Assembly (NCBI GenBank): GCA_002439095.1
Contig: DJOT01000021.1
Span: 55,282-119,281, forward strand
Length of the DNA stretch: 64,000 nt
Source: Bacteroidales bacterium UBA6431
Lineage (GTDB): Bacteria; Bacteroidota; Bacteroidia; Bacteroidales; UBA932
Reading direction: 5' to 3'
The position numbers and the translations under genes were made by a program. This document shows, piece by piece, positions 28,417-38,299 of the stretch; position 1 is the stretch's first letter; the number at the start of each line of letters is the position of its first letter. The notes beneath the pieces were generated by a model, which worked only from the letters and a program-made list of their open reading frames with translations, was not told where the DNA came from and ran no database searches.

Positions 28417-29240
28417 TTCTTCTTGCCGATGGCTTCAAGTGCCGTTATCTCATCTTTGTCATCGTTTTCCGTCACGGTCACATATCTCAGGCTGTTGAAA
28501 TCCTGAAAAAGCTGCACATCGGCCTGCTGTGACGAGCCGTCGATGAGCCGGGTCTTTCCCGTGATGCCGACAGGGATGTCCGCCGGAAAAATGGCGGAAT
28601 ATCCACTTGTCCTGACCGTGTCCCCGGGGTTTATCTGGTGGTGCGGCGGAATATCACCCACGACTGCTCCGCCACGGCTCTTGCCGTCCCATTTCAGTGG
28701 TGCAGTGACGCCGTCGGCATCATCTCCTATCCTTACACTTACGCTGATGCTTGAGTTGATGAGCGTGAGTCCGTAGGAGTAGTGCCTGTCTACCGCGCTG
28801 ACTATCCCGACTATGCCTTTGTCTGTGATTATTCCTGATTGCGGGCGTATCCCGTCCTCCGAACCCTTGTCCAGAATGATGTAGTTGTGTGCGGTGCCGC
28901 GGCCGACCTTGACGACGGTTGCGGGGGTATAGCGGAAACCGTTGTTGTGTCTGACCGCTGTACCTTCTCCGCCTTCGTCCATGTCCTCGAATGTCTTGAG
29001 CCTTTCCCTGAGCCTGGCGTTTTCTTCTGCAAGTTCATCGTTGAGGCGTCGCGTGTAGAAGTGGCTCCGCACATCTTCACCTACGCCCCAAAGTGCTGCT
29101 GCGGTGCGGTGCGAGATGCGGTTGAGCCAGATGTTCTGCATCGTGGAACTGCTTCTCAACATAGCAACAGCAGCAACCTCCATCAGGATGAAGATTGCCG
29201 CGTTCACTAAAATCGTGGAGACTTTGCCGCCCTGTGACAT
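28413..29240 (-). CDS. mreC: Rod shape-determining protein MreC
   Basis: N-terminal TM, coiled coil LAEENARLR, ILDKGSEDGI, GDTVRTSGYSAIFP. Confidence 0.95.
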   Translation of the reverse strand: MSQGGKVSTILVNAAIFILMEVAAVAMLRSSSTMQNIWLNRISHRTAAALWGVGEDVRSHFYTRRLNDELAEENARLRERLKTFEDMDEGGEGTAVRHNNGFRYTPATVVKVGRGTAHNYIILDKGSEDGIRPQSGIITDKGIVGIVSAVDRHYSYGLTLINSSISVSVRIGDDADGVTAPLKWDGKSRGGAVVGDIPPHHQINPGDTVRTSGYSAIFPADIPVGITGKTRLIDGSSQQADVQLFQDFNSLRYVTVTENDDKDEITALEAIGKKK

Positions 29241-30260
29241 CTACCTCATCAGGAATGAATAGGTGTCGGTGTGCTTGAGGGCCTCGCATGTGCCTCGAGC
29301 GACCGCGTGCAGAGGGTCTTCCGCCACATGGAAGTCGATGTTGACCTTGTCCTTGAACCTCTTGGCGAGGCCGCGCAGAAGTGCTCCGCCACCGGAGAGA
29401 TAGATTCCGTTCTCGACGATGTCTGCATACAGCTCCGGAGGTGTGTTCTCCAGAACGTGCAGTATGGATGTCTCAAGCTTGGCGATAGATTTGTCCAAAC
29501 AATGGGCTATCTCGTGATGAGTGATGGTCGCTTCGACAGGATGGGCGGTCATGAGGTTCGGTCCGCGTACGATAAACGGTGTCGGTTCTTCCTCGTCGAG
29601 ATCCGGAATCACTGCGCCTACCGCGAACTTGATCTTCTCGGCTGTGGTGTCTCCGACTTTGATGTTGTGCTGCTGGCGCAGGTAGTACTGGATGTCCCCC
29701 GTGAATACGTCTCCGGCCACCCGGATGCTCTCCTGCTGAACGAGGCCTCCGAGTGATATGACGGCGATTTCCGTGGTTCCGCCACCTATGTCTACCACCA
29801 TGTTGCCTTGTGGGGCTTCAACGTCAAGACCGATGCCGAGCGCTGCCGCCATCGGCTCGAAAATCAGGTACACATCGCGGCCTCCGGCGTGCTCGGTGGA
29901 GTCGCGGACTGCCCTGATTTCCACTTCCGTGGAGCCGGACGGTATTCCTACCACCACTTTGAGGTTCGGTGTGAAGATGCTGCGGTGCTTGCTGCTCACC
30001 TGCTTGATGAAACCTCGGATCATCAGTTCGGCTGCATGGAAGTCCGCGATGACGCCGTCCCTGAGGGGGCGGATGGTGCGGATGCCAGGGTTGACCTTCC
30101 CGTCCATCAGTTTCGCCTGCTGCCCTAGTGCAATGCACTTGCCTGTATTGTTGTCTACCGCGATCATGCTGGGTTCGTCGAGCACTATCTGACCGTTCTG
30201 GTAGATGACGGTGTTGGCTGTTCCCAGATCTATCGCGAGTTCTTGATTCAAAAATGCCAT
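29241..30260 (-). CDS. mreB: Rod shape-determining protein MreB
   Basis: AIDLGTANT, RPLRDGVIADF, VDIGGGTTE, LSGGGALL; start MAFLNQ at 30260. Confidence 0.98.
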   Translation of the reverse strand: MAFLNQELAIDLGTANTVIYQNGQIVLDEPSMIAVDNNTGKCIALGQQAKLMDGKVNPGIRTIRPLRDGVIADFHAAELMIRGFIKQVSSKHRSIFTPNLKVVVGIPSGSTEVEIRAVRDSTEHAGGRDVYLIFEPMAAALGIGLDVEAPQGNMVVDIGGGTTEIAVISLGGLVQQESIRVAGDVFTGDIQYYLRQQHNIKVGDTTAEKIKFAVGAVIPDLDEEEPTPFIVRGPNLMTAHPVEATITHHEIAHCLDKSIAKLETSILHVLENTPPELYADIVENGIYLSGGGALLRGLAKRFKDKVNIDFHVAEDPLHAVARGTCEALKHTDTYSFLMR

Positions 30261-30349
30261 TTTCGTGCTTCTTTTGTCAAAAGACAAAAATAAGAAATAA
30301 GTTCGGCATTTTTCATATTTTTGTCTTGAAAACACTTACGAATCTGAAA

Positions 30350-31030
30350 ATGGACAGGGATGTATATGTCATATTGGTAGCAGGTGGGAGCGGAACCCGG
30401 ATGGGGGCGGGCGTGCCGAAGCAGTTTCTCCGGATAGGAGGCAAGACCATACTTCAACGCACCATCGAGCGTTTCACGGATGCGGTGCCGGGGATCAAGG
30501 TTGTCGTGGTGCTGCCATCGCAGCATTTCAGGACATGGAAGAACATCTGTCTTGACGACACGTTCAACTCCCCTCAACTTCTCGTGGAGGGCGGGATAAC
30601 CCGCTTCCAGTCTGTGCGCAACGCGCTGACAAGGATTCCTGACGGGGCCATGGTGATGATACACGACGGTGTCCGCCCTTTTATCAGTAAGGAACTGATA
30701 GGGAAGATGCTGTCTATGATGGGGGAGGACTGCCGGGCACTCATCCCCGTGCTGCCGGTGACCGATACACTGCGATCCACTGACCCGTCCATCCCTGCTC
30801 CTGACCGGAGCCGTACGGTGTCCGTCCAGACTCCCCAGATCTTCTTCTCCGAAGATATACGGGAAGCCTACCGCCGTCCGTATGAGTTGGGCTTTACTGA
30901 TGACGCCTCGGTGGCGGAGCGGGCCGGAATCCGCATAAACATGACAGAAGGGGAGAAGTTCAATATCAAGATAACGACTCCCGATGATCTTGTGATAGGG
31001 GAAGCTATTCTTTTGAGGCAAGAACCTTGA
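30350..31030 (+). CDS. ispD: 2-C-methyl-D-erythritol 4-phosphate cytidylyltransferase
   Basis: LVAGGSGTRMG...PKQF, IHDGVRP, VQTPQ, FTDDASV, NIKITTPDD. Confidence 0.95.
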   Translation: MDRDVYVILVAGGSGTRMGAGVPKQFLRIGGKTILQRTIERFTDAVPGIKVVVVLPSQHFRTWKNICLDDTFNSPQLLVEGGITRFQSVRNALTRIPDGAMVMIHDGVRPFISKELIGKMLSMMGEDCRALIPVLPVTDTLRSTDPSIPAPDRSRTVSVQTPQIFFSEDIREAYRRPYELGFTDDASVAERAGIRINMTEGEKFNIKITTPDDLVIGEAILLRQEP

Positions 31031-31508
31031 AACTTGTCCCGTTGTAGTCCTTGACCCAGATCTCACGCTCGAATGACTGGTCGAGGGAAATCATGGTGTC
31101 GGTGGACTGGACATAAGGTATCCTCTGGATCGTGTTTATGAGGATATTCATAAGGTGTTCATTGTCAAAGCAGTATACTTTGAGGAAAAGTGCTGCCTTG
31201 CCGGTGATGAAGTGGCATTCCACGATTTCCGGAACATGTTTGAGAGCCGAAACGACATCGGGATATTTGTTGTCTTCCGACAGGCATACGCTGATGAATG
31301 CGCATACGTTGAGGCCTATTGCGCCGGGTTTAATCACCATTCGGGAACCTGAGATTATCCCGTTGTTTTCCATTTTCTTCACCCTCTGGTGTACGGCCGC
31401 CCCTGAGATATTGCACTCGCGGGCGATTTCCAGAAAGGGCATTCTCGCATTGTTGACCAGATAGGAGAGTATCCTCCTGTCTATTTCATCGATTTGATAG
31501 TTAGCCAT
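31005..31508 (-). CDS. Lrp/AsnC family transcriptional regulator
   Basis: IDEIDRRIL...NARMPFLEIARECNISGAAVHQRVKKME, IVECHFITG. Confidence 0.95.
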   Translation of the reverse strand: MANYQIDEIDRRILSYLVNNARMPFLEIARECNISGAAVHQRVKKMENNGIISGSRMVIKPGAIGLNVCAFISVCLSEDNKYPDVVSALKHVPEIVECHFITGKAALFLKVYCFDNEHLMNILINTIQRIPYVQSTDTMISLDQSFEREIWVKDYNGTSFKVLASKE

Positions 31509-31513
31509 ATAGT

Positions 31514-33811
31514 TTATTTCTTGAATCGTCTTGTTTTGGAGGATGTAGGTGCGCCCTCCGAAATTATGCGCTTGCAGTCCTCCTCGGTGAGGGCTGCGGC
31601 ATCTGTGCCTTTGGGGATCTTGTAGTTGGAGCCGGCATGTTTGATGTAAGGCCCATAGCGGCCGTTCAGCACGCTGATGTCAGCATCCTTGAACTCGCTG
31701 ATGACAGGATTTGCCGCTGTGGCTGCATTGCGTATGATTGTCTCACATTCCTGAAGCGTGATGCTCAGCGGGTCGGCGCTGCGTGGCAGGGAGATGTTCT
31801 TCTCTCCGAATTTAAGGTACGGTCCGAACCGGCCCTTGAGCACTTTGACAGGCTGTCCGTCCAATTCTCCTACTGAGCGCGGCAGTTTGAAGAGCGACAG
31901 GGCTTCATCCAATGTGAGGTTCTCGATGAGCTGGCCTTTGGAGAGGCTTGCGCATTGTCTGTCCTCGCCATCTCCTTTCTGCACATACGGTCCGAATTGT
32001 CCGTATTTGGCTATGATTTCGCGTCCGTCTGAAGGGTCAGTGCCTATCACTCTCTCGACACGGCTGTATTGTCCATCGTGCAGCGTGTCTTCCACTTTCT
32101 TGTGAAATCCACCATAGAAATCGGCGATGACGGAATTCCATACCAGTTTGCCCTCGGCGATCTCGTCGAACTCTTTTTCCACATTGGCTGTGAAGTCGTA
32201 GTTCATTATGTCTGGGAAGTTTTCTGTCAGCCAGTCACTTACGATCATCCCGATTTCCTGCGGCATGAGTTTGCCCTTTTCCCCTCCGATGCTCTCGGTC
32301 TTCACGGTCTCGCTTATCTTCCCGTCTTTGAGGCAGAGGTCGTTGACATTGACCTTCCTCCCTTCCTTGTCCCCTTTGGCGATGTATCCGCGGGCTGTGG
32401 TCAGAGTTGAGATGGTCGGGGCGTAGGTGGATGGCCTTCCTATGCCGAGCTCCTCCAGTTTCTTTACCAGAGTGGCTTCCGAGTAACGGTATGGCGGTTG
32501 TGTGAACTTGCACTCGGCCGTGATGCTCTTCATCTGGATGATGTCTCCCACATTCATAGTTGGAAGAATGGTGTTGTCTTCATCATCAGTCTCGTCGTCC
32601 TTGCCCTCCATATATAGTTTCAGAAATCCGTCGAAAAGGATTTCTGTAGCCTGCATGATGAACTGCTCGTGGCGCTTGTCCGAATTCACTTTTATGCTGG
32701 TGTTCAAGACTTTGGCGTCCTCCATCTGGGAGGCGAGGGTCCGCTTCCAGATCAGATTGTAGAGCTTTTTCTCCTGTTGGGTGCCTTCAATCTCCGTGTT
32801 CGCCATGTATGTAGGGCGGATGGCCTCGTGCGCTTCCTGGGCTCCCTTGGTGTGGGTCTTGTACTGCCTCGGGTGGGAGTAGGCTGCTCCATAAGTCTCG
32901 GTGATATAGGCTTTTGATGCTCCGAGTGCGAGAGTTGAGAGGTTGGTGGAGTCGGTACGCATGTAGGTGATGAGTCCCCTCTCATACAGACTCTGCGCCA
33001 CCCTCATGGTCAGGCTGACCGGGAAATGCAGTTTGCGGGATGCCTCCTGCTGGAGGGTTGAGGTTGTGAACGGGGCCGCAGGGTGGCGTACCGCCTCTTT
33101 TTTGTCGATGGCGCCTATCGTGTATACGGCTCCGATGCTGTCCTCCAAGAAGTTCCGTGCATTTTCGAGGGAATCGAACCTGGTGTCCAAAGTGCCCTTG
33201 ACATTGACACCCGAGATTTTGAACAACCCGTCAACCTTGTAGTATGGTGAGCTTTGGAATGCCATTATCTCTTTTTCCCGGTCAACGACAAGCCGCAGGG
33301 CTACTGATTGCACACGTCCTGCTGAGAGGCCCCTCTGGATTTTCCGCCACAATATAGGGGAGAGTTCGAATCCTACCAGACGGTCGAGCACGCGGCGCGC
33401 CTGCTGTGCGTTGACCAGATCGATGTTGATGTCCCGCGGAGTCTTTATCGCATTGAGGATGGCGTCTTTGGTGATTTCGTGGAAGACAATGCGTTTTGTG
33501 CGGGCCTTGTCAAGACCCAGAGCCACGCTCAAATGCCATGAGATGGCTTCCCCCTCCCGGTCCTCATCGGATGCGAGCCAGACTGTCTGTGCTCCGGATG
33601 CGGCTTTTTTCAACTCGGCGACGACTTTTTTCTTGTCTGCCGGGATGACATACTCCGGCGTGAAGCCGTGCTCCACGTCTACGCTCAATTTGTTGTCCTG
33701 CAGGTCGCGTATGTGTCCGAAACTGGATTTGACGACGAACCCGTCTCCCAAAAACTTCTGAATGGTCTTTGCCTTTGCCGGCGACTCGACGATGACTAAA
33801 TTCCCCTCCAT
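31514..33811 (-). CDS. topA: DNA topoisomerase I
   Basis: LVIVESPAKAKTI, ASDEDREGEAI, SAGRVQS, ITYMRTDS, AQEAHEAIRPT, GRFGPY C-terminal repeats. Confidence 0.99.
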   Translation of the reverse strand: MEGNLVIVESPAKAKTIQKFLGDGFVVKSSFGHIRDLQDNKLSVDVEHGFTPEYVIPADKKKVVAELKKAASGAQTVWLASDEDREGEAISWHLSVALGLDKARTKRIVFHEITKDAILNAIKTPRDINIDLVNAQQARRVLDRLVGFELSPILWRKIQRGLSAGRVQSVALRLVVDREKEIMAFQSSPYYKVDGLFKISGVNVKGTLDTRFDSLENARNFLEDSIGAVYTIGAIDKKEAVRHPAAPFTTSTLQQEASRKLHFPVSLTMRVAQSLYERGLITYMRTDSTNLSTLALGASKAYITETYGAAYSHPRQYKTHTKGAQEAHEAIRPTYMANTEIEGTQQEKKLYNLIWKRTLASQMEDAKVLNTSIKVNSDKRHEQFIMQATEILFDGFLKLYMEGKDDETDDEDNTILPTMNVGDIIQMKSITAECKFTQPPYRYSEATLVKKLEELGIGRPSTYAPTISTLTTARGYIAKGDKEGRKVNVNDLCLKDGKISETVKTESIGGEKGKLMPQEIGMIVSDWLTENFPDIMNYDFTANVEKEFDEIAEGKLVWNSVIADFYGGFHKKVEDTLHDGQYSRVERVIGTDPSDGREIIAKYGQFGPYVQKGDGEDRQCASLSKGQLIENLTLDEALSLFKLPRSVGELDGQPVKVLKGRFGPYLKFGEKNISLPRSADPLSITLQECETIIRNAATAANPVISEFKDADISVLNGRYGPYIKHAGSNYKIPKGTDAAALTEEDCKRIISEGAPTSSKTRRFKK

Positions 33812-33935
33812 ATCTGCTTCTTTATGAATTCAAACTGCAAAGAAAAACACAAACTCGCTAATTTTCAAAATTTAATCGCTAATTTTGCACACATTTTGCG
33901 TTGGCAGCAATGTATTACGACAAATATTTCGGGCG

Positions 33936-36323
33936 ATGAAAGAGAACACAAGGAAGAAGATAGTCAAGTGGTTCTGGATACTTGTCACGGCGCCGTTCGC
34001 GCTTGTGCTGCTCGCGCTGCTTCTGGTGGGCGCGTTTGCCAGAATCCCGTCATTTGAAGAACTTGAGCATCCGGACAACAAACTTGCCACCCAGGTGCTC
34101 TCCGACAACGGCGAGGTGCTGGCCACTTTCCATATCGAGAACAGGACTTACGTCAGTTACGATGAACTCTCGCCTTATCTGGTGGAGGCTGCTGTAGCAA
34201 CTGAAGATGCACGTTTCTACCGTCACTCCGGGATTGACATGAAAGGCCTTGCGCGAGTGTTTTTCAAGACCATCCTCATGCGCGACTCCAGCCAGGGCGG
34301 CGGAAGCACCATAACCCAGCAGCTTGCGAAGACCCTCTACCCGAGGCAGGAAGTCAACAGCCGGATCCCGGGCTGGTCGAAGGTCGTGATGGTCTGGACC
34401 AAACTTAAAGAATGGATCACAGCAGTCAAACTTGAACGGGACTACACCAAAGAGGAGATTGTGGACATGTACCTCAACTCCATCTTCTTCGGCAGCGGGG
34501 CATACGGGGTCAAGGCGGCGTCCGAGACCTTTTTCGCCAAAGACCCGTCCGATCTCACGGTCGAGGAGGCCGCGCTGCTCGTGGGCATGGTCAACAAGCC
34601 TACACGATACAATCCCGTGCTCAACCCGGACCGCTCCCTTGAGAGACGGAACTTCGTGATCGGACAGATGGAGAAGAACGGCTACCTGACCCGTGAGCAG
34701 AGGGATTCCATACAGCAGATACCGATCGCCCTGAACTATCAGGTCCAGGACCACAACTCCGGCCTTGCCCCGTATTTCAGGGACATGATACGCCGGGACA
34801 TGACGGCCAAGGCTCCCAGACGGTCAGAATATCAGTATGCCGAGGACTTCAGCCGCGACTCCCTCCGCTGGAAGGAGGACCCGTTGTACGGCTGGCTCAA
34901 CAAAAACAAGAAGCCGGACGGCTCACGTTATGATCTGGACCGTGACGGCTTGAGGATCTACACCACCGTCAACGCCAAGATGCAGAAGTATGCCGAGGAG
35001 GCAGTCGCCGAGCACTTGGGCAAGAACCTCCAGAAAAGTTTTGACAGGGAGGTCAAGTGGAAGAAGAACAAGCCGTTCGCCAATGATGTGGACAGCAAGA
35101 CCGTGCAGACCCTGATGAAGCAGGCTCGCCGCTGGAGCGACCGTTACCGTCTTCAGCACAAGGCGGGCAAGAGCGATGAAGAGATAATGGCCCAGTTCAG
35201 CAAACCGGCCAAGATGAGGGTGTTCGCGTGGAACTCCAAGGGCTACGCCGACACCACGATGACCCCGGACGACTCCATCCGCTACTATAAGTCCATTCTC
35301 CGCTGCGGATTTGTGGCCATGGAGCCGCAGACCGGTTATGTCAAAGCCTATGTGGGAGGCCCGAACTACCGTTATTTCAAATATGACAATGTCCGTCAGG
35401 GCAAAAGGCAGATCGGCTCCACAGTGAAGCCGTTCCTTTATACTTTGGCCATGCAGGAGGGATTGAGTCCGTGCGACAAGGTCGTCAACCAGTCGCAGAC
35501 TTTCGTGCTCTTCGACGGCTCCACCTGGACTCCGCGCAGCACCGACAAGGAAGAGTGGCTCGGCAAGACCGTGACCCTCAAATGGGGACTGGCCCACAGC
35601 TCCAACAACATATCGGCGTTCCTGATGAAAGAGCTTGGCCCGGAGGCGCTCGCAAGGATGATGCGTCAGATGGGTATACGCAGCCATATTGATGAAGTCT
35701 ATTCGCTGTGCGTGGGCCCTGTTGAGGTCAGCGTCTTCGACATGGTCTCCGCCTATAATACATTCCCGTCGCACGGGACATACATCACTCCTCAATATGT
35801 GACCCGCATCACCGACAATGACGGGCGTGAACTCGGCAATTTCACCACCCAGAAGAGGGAGGCGATTTCCGAGCAGACGGCATATCTGATGGTCAATCTG
35901 ATGAGCGGGGTGATCAATGAGGGGACAGGTTCCCGTCTGCGCTCTGTCTACGGGCTCCGGGGCGAGATTGCAGGAAAGACAGGTACCACCAACGACAACT
36001 CTGACGGCTGGTTCATAGGCTATACTCCCAACATCACGGCGGGAGTCTGGGTCGGCGGTGAGGACAGGCAGGTCCATTTCAATTCGCTCGCTCTCGGAAG
36101 CGGATCCAACATGTCCCTTCCTATATGGGGTATATGGATGAAGAAGTGCCTTGCAGATCCGAGCATCGGCTGGTCTATGGATGACGATCATTTCGTGGCT
36201 CCGTCCACCGGCATTCCGGGGCTTGACTGCGAGAAGGACGGGATATTCCTTGGCGGTTACAATCAGGAGAGTGCCGTCAAGGGCAACGAAGAGAAACAGG
36301 AAGAAGACTATTATTTCAACTAG
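33936..36323 (+). CDS. mrcA: Class A penicillin-binding protein 1A (transglycosylase-transpeptidase)
   Basis: ATEDARFYRHSGID, GGSTITQQLAK, GSTVKP, SSN, GKTGTT. Confidence 0.93.
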   Translation: MKENTRKKIVKWFWILVTAPFALVLLALLLVGAFARIPSFEELEHPDNKLATQVLSDNGEVLATFHIENRTYVSYDELSPYLVEAAVATEDARFYRHSGIDMKGLARVFFKTILMRDSSQGGGSTITQQLAKTLYPRQEVNSRIPGWSKVVMVWTKLKEWITAVKLERDYTKEEIVDMYLNSIFFGSGAYGVKAASETFFAKDPSDLTVEEAALLVGMVNKPTRYNPVLNPDRSLERRNFVIGQMEKNGYLTREQRDSIQQIPIALNYQVQDHNSGLAPYFRDMIRRDMTAKAPRRSEYQYAEDFSRDSLRWKEDPLYGWLNKNKKPDGSRYDLDRDGLRIYTTVNAKMQKYAEEAVAEHLGKNLQKSFDREVKWKKNKPFANDVDSKTVQTLMKQARRWSDRYRLQHKAGKSDEEIMAQFSKPAKMRVFAWNSKGYADTTMTPDDSIRYYKSILRCGFVAMEPQTGYVKAYVGGPNYRYFKYDNVRQGKRQIGSTVKPFLYTLAMQEGLSPCDKVVNQSQTFVLFDGSTWTPRSTDKEEWLGKTVTLKWGLAHSSNNISAFLMKELGPEALARMMRQMGIRSHIDEVYSLCVGPVEVSVFDMVSAYNTFPSHGTYITPQYVTRITDNDGRELGNFTTQKREAISEQTAYLMVNLMSGVINEGTGSRLRSVYGLRGEIAGKTGTTNDNSDGWFIGYTPNITAGVWVGGEDRQVHFNSLALGSGSNMSLPIWGIWMKKCLADPSIGWSMDDDHFVAPSTGIPGLDCEKDGIFLGGYNQESAVKGNEEKQEEDYYFN

Positions 36324-36324
36324 T

Positions 36325-37341
36325 ATGAGCAAGTACAATACTATAGCGGTCATCTACGGCAGTGATTCCTCCGAGTGGGAGGTGTCTTGCCGGAGCGGGG
36401 AGTTCGTGGCTTCTCGCATAGACGGCAATGTGTATGATGTCTATGAGATATTCGCCCGTTTCGGGAAGTGGTCCCTCGTGGCCTGCAAGAAGCGCAACTC
36501 CATGAGGATCACCTTCCCGGAGGGGGCAAGGCCAGAAGTCGACAAGACGGACTTTTCCGTGAAAGTCTTGGGAGAGAAAGTCAAGTTTGATTTCGCATAT
36601 CTTGTCCAGCATGGTGCACCTGGGGAGACCGGACAGATGCAGGGGTATCTGGAAATGCTCGGGATTCCGTGCAGTACCTGTTCTTCGATGGTGAGCGCAA
36701 TCGCATTCGACAAGTATGCCTGCAAGTGCTATATCCGGGAGCAGGGTGTCGTCAAGTGCGCTCCGGATGCTTTCGTGCGTTCCGGGATGGATATTGATGC
36801 TTTCGTCTCAGATGAGGTGTCCCGTCTGGAATTTCCGGTCTTCGTGAAGCCGACCCAGGGCGGCTCCAGTTTCGGCGTTACCAGAGTTACACGGGCGGAG
36901 GATGTTGCCCCGGCCATACGCTATGCTTTTTCCGAGAACAGTTCTGTGATAGTGGAGCAGGGTTTGAGCGGAAGAGAGCTGACCTGTGCCGCATATTACG
37001 ATGGCGAATCAGTCAAAGCTCTGCCTGTCATAGAGATAGTTACGGATAACGAGTACTTTGACTATGATGCCAAGTACAACGGGCACAGCAACGAGATCTG
37101 CCCGGCCGATCTGCCTGATGCGGTCAGGGAAGAAGTTCAGCGCACCAGCTGTGAAATATACTCAAGGCTCGGCTGCAAAGGTATAGTGAGAATCGACTAT
37201 ATATATACGGCGGACGGGCTGTATTTTCTGGAGATAAATACAATTCCGGGTATGACGAGCGCGTCACTCGTGCCTAAGATGGTCCGTACGGCCGGAATTG
37301 ACATCACGTCTTTCCTGTCATCCATTATAGAGAACTCATAG
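36325..37341 (+). CDS. ddl: D-alanine--D-alanine ligase
   Basis: HGAPGETG, FVKPTQGGSSFG, YFDYDAKY, LEINTIPGMT. Confidence 0.95.
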   Translation: MSKYNTIAVIYGSDSSEWEVSCRSGEFVASRIDGNVYDVYEIFARFGKWSLVACKKRNSMRITFPEGARPEVDKTDFSVKVLGEKVKFDFAYLVQHGAPGETGQMQGYLEMLGIPCSTCSSMVSAIAFDKYACKCYIREQGVVKCAPDAFVRSGMDIDAFVSDEVSRLEFPVFVKPTQGGSSFGVTRVTRAEDVAPAIRYAFSENSSVIVEQGLSGRELTCAAYYDGESVKALPVIEIVTDNEYFDYDAKYNGHSNEICPADLPDAVREEVQRTSCEIYSRLGCKGIVRIDYIYTADGLYFLEINTIPGMTSASLVPKMVRTAGIDITSFLSSIIENS

Positions 37342-37344
37342 CAG

Positions 37345-38193
37345 GTGCTGCTGTCTGACTTCATAAGACGCAGTACGTCCATGTTGTCCGGCATATACCC
37401 TTCGCTCGAGGCGAGGGGTATCGTTTTGATGCTCTGCCAAGAACGGCTTGGTGTCAAGAGTTATACGCATATCATAGAGCCGGGATATGAGGTCACGTCT
37501 GCTGTATTGCCCAGGTTGGAAGACGATCTCAGACGTCTCTCGGCAGGGGAACCCATACAGTATGTGCTCGGCTATGCCGAGTTTTGTGGTCGTCGCTTTC
37601 GTGTCTGTCCGTCTGTGCTTATACCACGTCCCGAGACGGAACAGCTCGTTTCCGAGGCTGTCAGTTTCATCTGTGACAAAGGGAGATCTTGCCGCGTCCT
37701 GGATTTATGTACCGGTTCGGGCTGCATAGCCTGGTCTGTATTCCTTGAGTCGCCGGGGACGGAAGTGGTGGCTGTGGACATATCGGATGAGGCTCTGGGC
37801 GTTGCCCGCAGTCAGTTCGCCGGAGCGTCTCCACGTTTTGTCAAGGCGGATGTGCTTGCGGGAGGCGAGGGGTTCGAGTACGGGGATTTCGATCTGGTCC
37901 TGTGTAACCCTCCGTATGTGATGGAATCCGAAAAGCTTGCAATGCGCACGAATGTGCTGGATTACGAACCGGGTCTTGCGCTGTTCGTGCCGGATTCTGA
38001 TCCGCTGCTTTTCTATAGGGCTGTCGCCGTATGGGCCCGACGTTTCCTGCGTCCTGACGGGATGGGCCTGGTTGAGATAAATGAGTCGTTGGGGCCGCAG
38101 ACTGCTGAGGTCTTCAGGAGTGCGGGGTATAAAAAAATAAGGATTTTACAGGATTTCCGATCAAAATATCGTTTTGTGATGTTCGGAGACTGA
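37345..38193 (+). CDS. prmC: Release factor glutamine methyltransferase
   Basis: GEPIQYVLG, VLIPRPETE, LDLCTGSGCIA, NPPY. Confidence 0.96.
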   Translation: MLLSDFIRRSTSMLSGIYPSLEARGIVLMLCQERLGVKSYTHIIEPGYEVTSAVLPRLEDDLRRLSAGEPIQYVLGYAEFCGRRFRVCPSVLIPRPETEQLVSEAVSFICDKGRSCRVLDLCTGSGCIAWSVFLESPGTEVVAVDISDEALGVARSQFAGASPRFVKADVLAGGEGFEYGDFDLVLCNPPYVMESEKLAMRTNVLDYEPGLALFVPDSDPLLFYRAVAVWARRFLRPDGMGLVEINESLGPQTAEVFRSAGYKKIRILQDFRSKYRFVMFGD

Positions 38194-38299
38194 GATTCCT
38201 CCGCCGCTGAGATGCCGTCAGGTGGGCATTTGCATCGAAATATAAATGTTAATCGATTAATTTTCACGACAATCGGATGATTGTCCGGAACTTTGCGGC